DNA from: Azolla caroliniana
Lineage: Eukaryota > Plantae > Polypodiophyta
Direction of reading: 5' to 3'
Assembly: GCA_043228905.1 (NCBI GenBank)
Contig: JBHGNT010000015.1
Coordinates: 3,472,001 to 3,536,000, forward strand
DNA length: 64,000 bases
The notes under the pieces are model-generated. The model saw nothing but the letters and a program-made list of their open reading frames with translations, had not been told where the DNA came from and searched no databases. Position numbers and translations under genes: made by a program. This document shows, piece after piece, positions 57,650-64,000 of the stretch; position 1 is the first letter of the stretch, and each line of letters opens with the position of its first letter.

Positions 57650-58911
57650 ACGTCTTCCGGACCGGAGGCACTAGTAGAAGTAGAGGCCGACATAGAATTT
57701 GCTCAATATCTCATCGCGAACATTCCGCCGCAATCATCATAGTCAGAGTTGATGGCGTAGTTGGTGAGTTGTCGGCTAGTGGAAGCCGACTCGCGTATCT
57801 TCTTACGGCATTCTTCTTCGTGGTGACCGATTTTTCCGCAATATCCGCATTCAACCGAGCTCTGTCAGTTCGGACCGGAATGGAAGCTCTCCCTTCTTCC
57901 GAAGGTTCCTCGATGGCTTCCATCTTGATGCCGAAATTGCGAGTTTTTTTCGTAAATCGGGCCTTGTCTACCTTGTCCGCCACGTCCTTGTCCGAATCGG
58001 CCTCTTCTTGCATGACCGCGTCGCGTCCTCTTCTTCCGTCCGAATGCGTGTAGAGCATTTGGCCTACCGAGGCGTTGTTCCTTGTTCGAACATGATTCTC
58101 TTTAACCAACAACATGGATTGAAGATCGAAGGAGGAGGGTGGATTCTCCCGTGCTAGTATGGCGGTTCGCATCGCGCCACATCGTGGTGCAAGGCCGCCG
58201 AGGCATATTTGCACCATCTCATCATCGTCCACATTGACGCTTATCAAGCCGAGTGACTCGCCAAGCTCCTTGATCTTCAAGGTGTAGCTTGTAATGGACA
58301 TATCCCGTTGCTGAATGTTATTCAACTCTTGGCGGAGTTGAAGCTTTCTCGCAGTCGTGTTGGCGGCAAAAATCTTTTGTAGATTCTCCCATGCTTCCTT
58401 CGGCATCTCGGCTTCTCGAATGTAGCCGAACATGTGGTCATGAACACATGTCGCCAAGCAATACATCACTCGACTTGCCGCTTGCTCCCACATTGCATAG
58501 TTGGCATTGTCGTGGAGAAAACCGTCCCTAGGAGGAAACGAGAGAAATCGTGCACGAACTGGCCCTTCCGTGTGTGGGCATGTGAATTGATAACTTGTAC
58601 ATAATTATGTGTACGGCGGCTGATGTAAATATACTAGGTGGGACACATTTATTAGGAAATCGATGCGTATCTCTGTCCGAAGGGACAGAGAATAAAGTAA
58701 TGTGACTGTGAGTGAAGGAGAAGGAACCCCCCCCCCCCCAACGACCTATATAAGGAAGAAGAGAAGGAAGAACGTGGCATCGTACGTTGACGAGGACGAA
58801 GTGCTGCCGGACCGTGTACCAAGCTCTCTCTCTCCTCCTTCGGTTGTCATTCTCTGCAGGTTGTGGGAGATCGTCGCCTCTGCTTCGTGGACAGCCCATG
58901 CGCTTCCATCA
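57650..58911 (+). repeat. Direct duplication of 17782-19046 (copia C gag plus the C/F junction)
   Basis: Near-identical sequence, including the GGCAT|TGTCGTGGAG junction. Confidence 0.93.
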
Positions 58912-59101
58912 GTGCTCCCCATTTGAGAGTTCATTGTCGATTAACCTTCCTTTCTTCTTTTCCTTCTCGCTCGAACACGAGCTATGTAGTGGTACTACGA
59001 TAACGATGAGTCGGTTCTTCTTGAACGTCAGCGTAGAGCACAACACACGATCACGATGAGGCGAGTGGGCTAGATCGAGCTACAGAATCGCTCTAATACC
59101 A

Positions 59102-59563
59102 TGTAAAGAATCAATGGTGATTCTTATGTAGCAGAATAGATGTGTGTTATGTGCGTATATGTGTGAGAGAAGAAGAGTGGAGAGAAAAGAGAACTCAAGA
59201 TAGATAAATGATAGGAAAATAGAATACTCAAGAAGGTGTATATTTCACAAGTAGAATGAGATTTACAAAATGTAGCATGACAAGGAGTCACAACCAACTT
59301 AGTATGAAGTATGAGGAGGGTGCTTTATATAGAGTCACCCTCTCTCTTTATTAACTTTACAACAACCACTCTCTCTCTTGGGGAATGTGAAGACTCATAG
59401 TCATGGGGAATATGTAACTCATTAGTTATGTGTCATAGAATATGATTCTATGACACATAGATAATGTGTAGTGAGTAGTGGTGTGACTCTTGACCTTTGA
59501 GTAATCATAGATTCTCAAAAGGTGTGTTCACACGTTGTGCTATGGTGAGCTTGATTTTCAACA
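59102..59563 (-). repeat. 5' LTR of copia C
   Basis: Matches 12846-13310, with the PBS adjacent. Confidence 0.93.
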
Positions 59564-59826
59564 CCCTAGAACGAAGCAAGAATAAGAGAAATTGTCTAAC
59601 CCTAAATCTAACGGTATACCCTCCTAACTCAAAATGGGCAACCCTTCACAAGAGATCCCTCCCTTCCTTTTATAGCCCAAGGAGGGAGGGACATTACAAT
59701 GTGGGATAAATACTCCCCCTTATTCTATACACCGTTTTCCTACTATACATGTGCACATGTTACACACCACCGACTTGCCCGTTCCACCCCGGTTTCACAC
59801 TGTAACCGAAAATCTTCACGACGACA
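59564..59826 (-). repeat. Partial E/A'-family gypsy LTR (M), the insertion target of C
   Basis: Its reverse complement contains ATCCCACATTGTAA, CTATAAAAGGAAGG and GGGTTGCCCATTTTG..AGGGTATACCGTTAG, as in the E LTR. Confidence 0.8.
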
Positions 59827-60737
59827 CATACGACACCAAATGCATATAATTTACAACGAAATCAAGTTATTAACTTCATACGCATACGTAACATATGTAT
59901 GTGAGCGTAATACGCAATTGAGGTATTAACCTCGTACGCATACGACTCTAATCACATATTAAATATATGTCAAATGAGGTATTGACCTCATACACATATG
60001 TAAACATTTTATACAACCAATTAATTACCACTACAACATCATTGAATTAATGAAAACAATTACATATAGAGTATACACATGAAAACAATTACATATAGAG
60101 TATACATATGATTAGATGGGAGAAGAAAAAATAGAAAAAAAAATAATGAAAGAGTTATCGAAGTTCATTTGTTGATCATTGTCTGGATCAAGGCCAGCCG
60201 CACATCGATCGATCACCATCAATCAACAAAACAAAAGACAACAAAAGAAACATTAGCACATTAGCTCGGATACCAACTATTAGAGACATGAACTAATGTA
60301 AGCATTAGATAAGGATAGAATATAGATAGATAGATAGAAAGGAGAGAGAGAAAGAAGGGTGTCGATCCACCCGACCACCCCCGAGCGAAGGGATCAAGAC
60401 GGACTCGAGCCTCAATCGGCGTCCCATACCACCGTCGTGGCGTCGAGTCGTACCTGGTGCTGGCGCGCTCGCTACAAGAGTTGACCCACCACAAGACTAA
60501 GTCTCGACATAATCAACAAGATGATCAAATGAGGGTAGCTAGGACTCTTATTTATAGCGATACCCAAGGCCCCTAGGCAAGTTCACACTTGGCCTAATGT
60601 GTTGTCTCAATCCCGAGGATTAAAAGTAATCCTCCCCTTGTTTACACTCTCGTTTAACCCTCACACTTATCCACGTGTATAGAATACTACGGTAAATTCT
60701 GACCACAAGGTATTATATGGTCATGGCCGTAATATCA
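59827..60737 (-). mobile_element. Unclassified LTR element N: probable 5' LTR about 60278-60737, Met PBS and AT-rich leader
   Basis: TGGTATCCGAGC at 60264-60275(-). The putative LTR starts TGATATT and has CTATAAATA on the minus strand. L gag resumes at 60738. Confidence 0.6.
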
Positions 60738-63700
60738 AAGGCTTGGTAATGAAGAAAAGAGGGTTTCGAAACCGAGATCTGGATTGGAATACCATCAACC
60801 GTGGGCTCGGGAGACAACGACCGAGAAGGCAATCGATGCAACCATGGTGGAGCAGTTGCTGAAGGAGATGGAGAATCTGAAAATCGCGATGGTGAAGAAG
60901 TCAGATGACCCTCCCACAAGTTCCAAGTATATGGACCGTCGATGCATATGGTGCGATAGCACTGAACATGATCGAAGGGATTGCGATGAGCACAAGGAGG
61001 TGCTACAACGAGACCTTATCTACTACGAGGGAAATCGGATTCATTCGATGGACTCTCAGAAGCCACTCCAACTAAACTTCCGAAAAGGCGGAATGAAGAA
61101 GGTCCTAAAGGAGGAAACAACGGTAAAAAGCAATTATGTGATAACCACAAGGATATGTGTGGGTGAGTCATCTGGAGCAAAGGCGTCTTTTTGGCGGAAA
61201 GTGCTAGAAAACCCCGAGAAAACTGACTCTAATGAGATCTGAAGCACCGAGGAAGGCATCCAAGAAGCTACGGGATGGGAGTGCCCTGTCGATAAGAATA
61301 GCGTGTACACCCTATGCCAATTACATGAGGTGTATGTAGATGAGAAAAGACGGTGTACGGATGATGCGGCTGGACCATCAAAGACATCAGAGAGCTGGAA
61401 CTCCGAAGGGAAGGGGAAAGGAAAAACAATTCCGGCATTTAAACTTGCTTCGGACATCGAGCAACGAACGGACTTAAAAAAGGTGTTCGAGGAGAGAATC
61501 CTCAATAGTTGGGTAGATTTTTCATTTCGGGAATTACCCGAAATAGCGAAGAAGGAGTTCCACGATCTTCTTGTGGATCTCGTGAAGAGAAAAAGACAAA
61601 ATACGGAGGAAAATGCTCCAAGGGTGAATGCAAATATCGTTCTAATGATTGACACCGAAGAGGAGGATGAAATTCCAAACTCCCACTACACAAGGCCACA
61701 CTGGACATGCGCAACTACGGAGACTCCGGTCCGAATCGGAAACATCAAGGAGCCCGTACTAGCATTGATTGATCACGGATCAGAGATCAATATGATGTCC
61801 AAGGAGTTCTACCGAAAGGGGAAGTGGCCTATTAACATTAATCATGGATGGAAGATCCGGGCAGCCACTAAAACAACGGCAGATTTATTTGCGGCTTGTC
61901 CGGATGTGATGGTGAAGATCGGAGATGTGGAGATTGACCAAAATTTCTTCGTGCAAGATGAGGTCTCACACTCCATGATCCTCGGACAACCCTTTATCAC
62001 GGCTTCATGGATGGAGACAAAGGTGCTCGATAGAGGAGCGGCTTTTGCACAAATTCGGAGCTAAAGTGGAGGGAAAACCGTCCAATTCCTAATCGTGCCA
62101 TCAAATCACGAAAGGAACAAGAGAGAGGTCTTGTCCCAAACAAAAATGGATTTTTAAAGCGGACTGTTGCAGAGTAGGGAAGTGTGATAGTCTGAGAAGT
62201 CCTGATACCCCACACAGGAAGAAACCTCTCGGAGCAAAACAAGTACGAATCGGTCAGGATGGGGCATCTATGTACACAGCCATAACCAGAGTAATGAAGA
62301 AAGAATTTTGAAATGTGCACGATGAGTTACGGTCTGCATCAATAATAAAAGAAGACGAAGAAATCGTGGGTGTAGTCGAAGAAGTGTTCTATGGGAGCAC
62401 GCTACAACGGCTTGAAGAGCTTGCAGAAGAGAATAGCCAGGGAGACCGGGTAGTTCCGGTGGAATTGGTCGAGATGTATGAGATCATTGCGAAAATGGGG
62501 CTGGATGCGCTCCGCAAAGAAGAAGCAATGGTATGTACGAAATATAAGACCATGGAAAAGAAGGTGAAACCGGCCGCGGGACCGCTGCCCGCCGATAGCG
62601 AACAAAAGATGAAAGAAGTCTCGGGAGATCCGACACTTCGAAAGTCCGTGGATATCGGACATGCCTTTACGGATGAGACCCGGAAGAAACTTCAGATCGG
62701 TGGAGGTGGGTTCCTCTCACAAAATGAAGAAGAACGGTTTCGTGAGATGTTGGAGCAGCATGGAAGAGCATTTGCATTCACATTGAAAGAGATAAGGTGT
62801 GCTGACCCAAAAATAGTGGAGTCAATGGTGATCTTCACAATTGATCATGTGTCGTGGAATCTGAAGCCGATTCCGGTGCCACGGGTGCATATTCCGAAAA
62901 TCATTGACTTGCTCAAGGAGAAGGTGGCGATGGGGATTCTAGAGCCATCAAACGCTCCGTACTCAAATCGATGGTTTACGGTTTCGAACAAGAATGGGTC
63001 ACTCCGATTTATTCAAGATTTGCAACCGGTGAACAAGGTCATGATCCGGAACTCTGGATTCGGTTCGATAGTGGACGAATTTGCAAAAGCGTTTGCCGGT
63101 CCCGCGATATACTCCATCGGAGACCTATACTCCGGGTATGACCAATTCCCACTAGCCGTGGAGAACTGAGACATCACTACCATGCGAACACCGATAGATT
63201 AGTTCGGATGTGCACGCTACCACAACGCGCGAACGAACTCGGTCACACATATGATGAATGTGATGAACAAGGTGCTCCGGGACTGCATTTCGGAGATAAC
63301 GATGCCGTTCCTAGATGACATTATGATAAAAGGATGTGCAGTGGAAGAAAAAGATGAGACTATGGATGATCAGGGATGGCGAAAGTTCGTAGTCAACCAT
63401 ATTCGCAATTGCAAGAAAGTGTTACGGAAGTTAGAAGATGTGCACCTAACGCTCTGCGGAGAGAAATCAGCATTCAGACAAGAAGAGATATTGGTAGTCA
63501 GACATCTATGTGGGCCCTACAGCCAAAGACCGTCGCCAGTCAAGATCGATGCGATTCAAGCTATGAAAGAATTATGTGAGTCACAATCCGAAGTCTGTAG
63601 ATTTCTTGGGGCATGTGCATTCTATCACATATGGATTCCGCACTATGCACACATTGCAGACCCACTCTATCACTTGTTGCGGAAGGGGAAGAAGTTCAAA

Positions 63701-63775
63701 TGGAAACCAGAACATACCAAAGCCGTGAAGAAGCTCAAGAAATCACTACATAGGGCAGAAGCACTTAAACAAAAA
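60738..63775 (+). pseudogene. pol: Decayed D-family gypsy L (gag-pro, RT)
   Basis: Colinear with D: CIWCDSTEHDRRDC, DHGSEIN, GGATTTTTAA at 62148 and FLDD. Multiple stops. Confidence 0.92.
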
Positions 63776-64000
63776 GCTTAAAAGGATTTGAATTCTCCAT
63801 ATATTTTTTATGGGGATCATAATGGCAAAATGATGCTCTTATGTCACGATAAAATTAACATATTTTGGAACATCCAAACAAAATTCCCAAAGTGTAGGTA
63901 GTTCCAAATGTTTGTGAATTGGAAGGAATAATCAACATATCGTTATATTACCATCAACATTAACAATCGGCAACGGTCTAGTTTGAACCGAACTAAACCG

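Larger units (their letters stand above)
18635..58911 (+). mobile_element. Ty3/gypsy element F, heavily interrupted
   Basis: 5' LTR 18635-19290, PBS 19295-19312, gag 19335-20409 and 50738-51685, pol 55767-57510, PPT, and a rearranged 3' LTR (57490-57643 and 58508-58911). Confidence 0.8.
12846..59563 (-). mobile_element. Ty1/copia element C (Bryco-like, tentative), expanded by about 41 kb of nested insertions
   Basis: LTRs 12846-13310 and 59102-59563, PBS 59089-59101. Internal pieces 13311-13922, 15062-18634 and 58912-59101. Confidence 0.88.

Noticed and set aside
63776-64000. AT-rich tail with CGGTCTAGTT/AACTAAACCG inverted repeat
   Set aside because: It could be a DNA transposon subterminal region, but it is cut by the window edge and no TIR or TSD can be established.

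Overview
This window has no recognisable host gene. It is a deeply nested island of LTR retrotransposons from a eukaryote, most likely a non-seed land plant (moss, fern or lycophyte; inferred from the element families and plant-type tRNA primer sites). About 16 insertions can be ordered using LTR ends, PBS/PPT and target-site duplications (TSDs). They comprise: one intact young Tat-like Ty3/gypsy element with an extra RNase H (1-6460); many GC-rich non-chromovirus Ty3/gypsy elements, several with a tRNA-Trp PBS (labelled A, D, F, G, J, L, non-autonomous E and A', plus solo LTRs); and Ty1/copia elements of two lineages (B, C, I and H, K). The nesting runs LTR M > C > F > G > (E > D) and (H > I). 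The most notable signals concern the tRNA-Trp gypsy group: 4-bp TSDs centred on CpG, a conserved GGAUUUU plus pseudoknot -1 frameshift signal between gag-protease and pol, a covarying palindromic-loop hairpin just upstream of the PPT, and tRNA-like A/B boxes inside some LTRs. A tandem copia sharing one LTR and a footprint of one-sided-invasion repair between LTRs 40 kb apart are also visible. All alignments and structures were read by eye, and lineage names are tentative.
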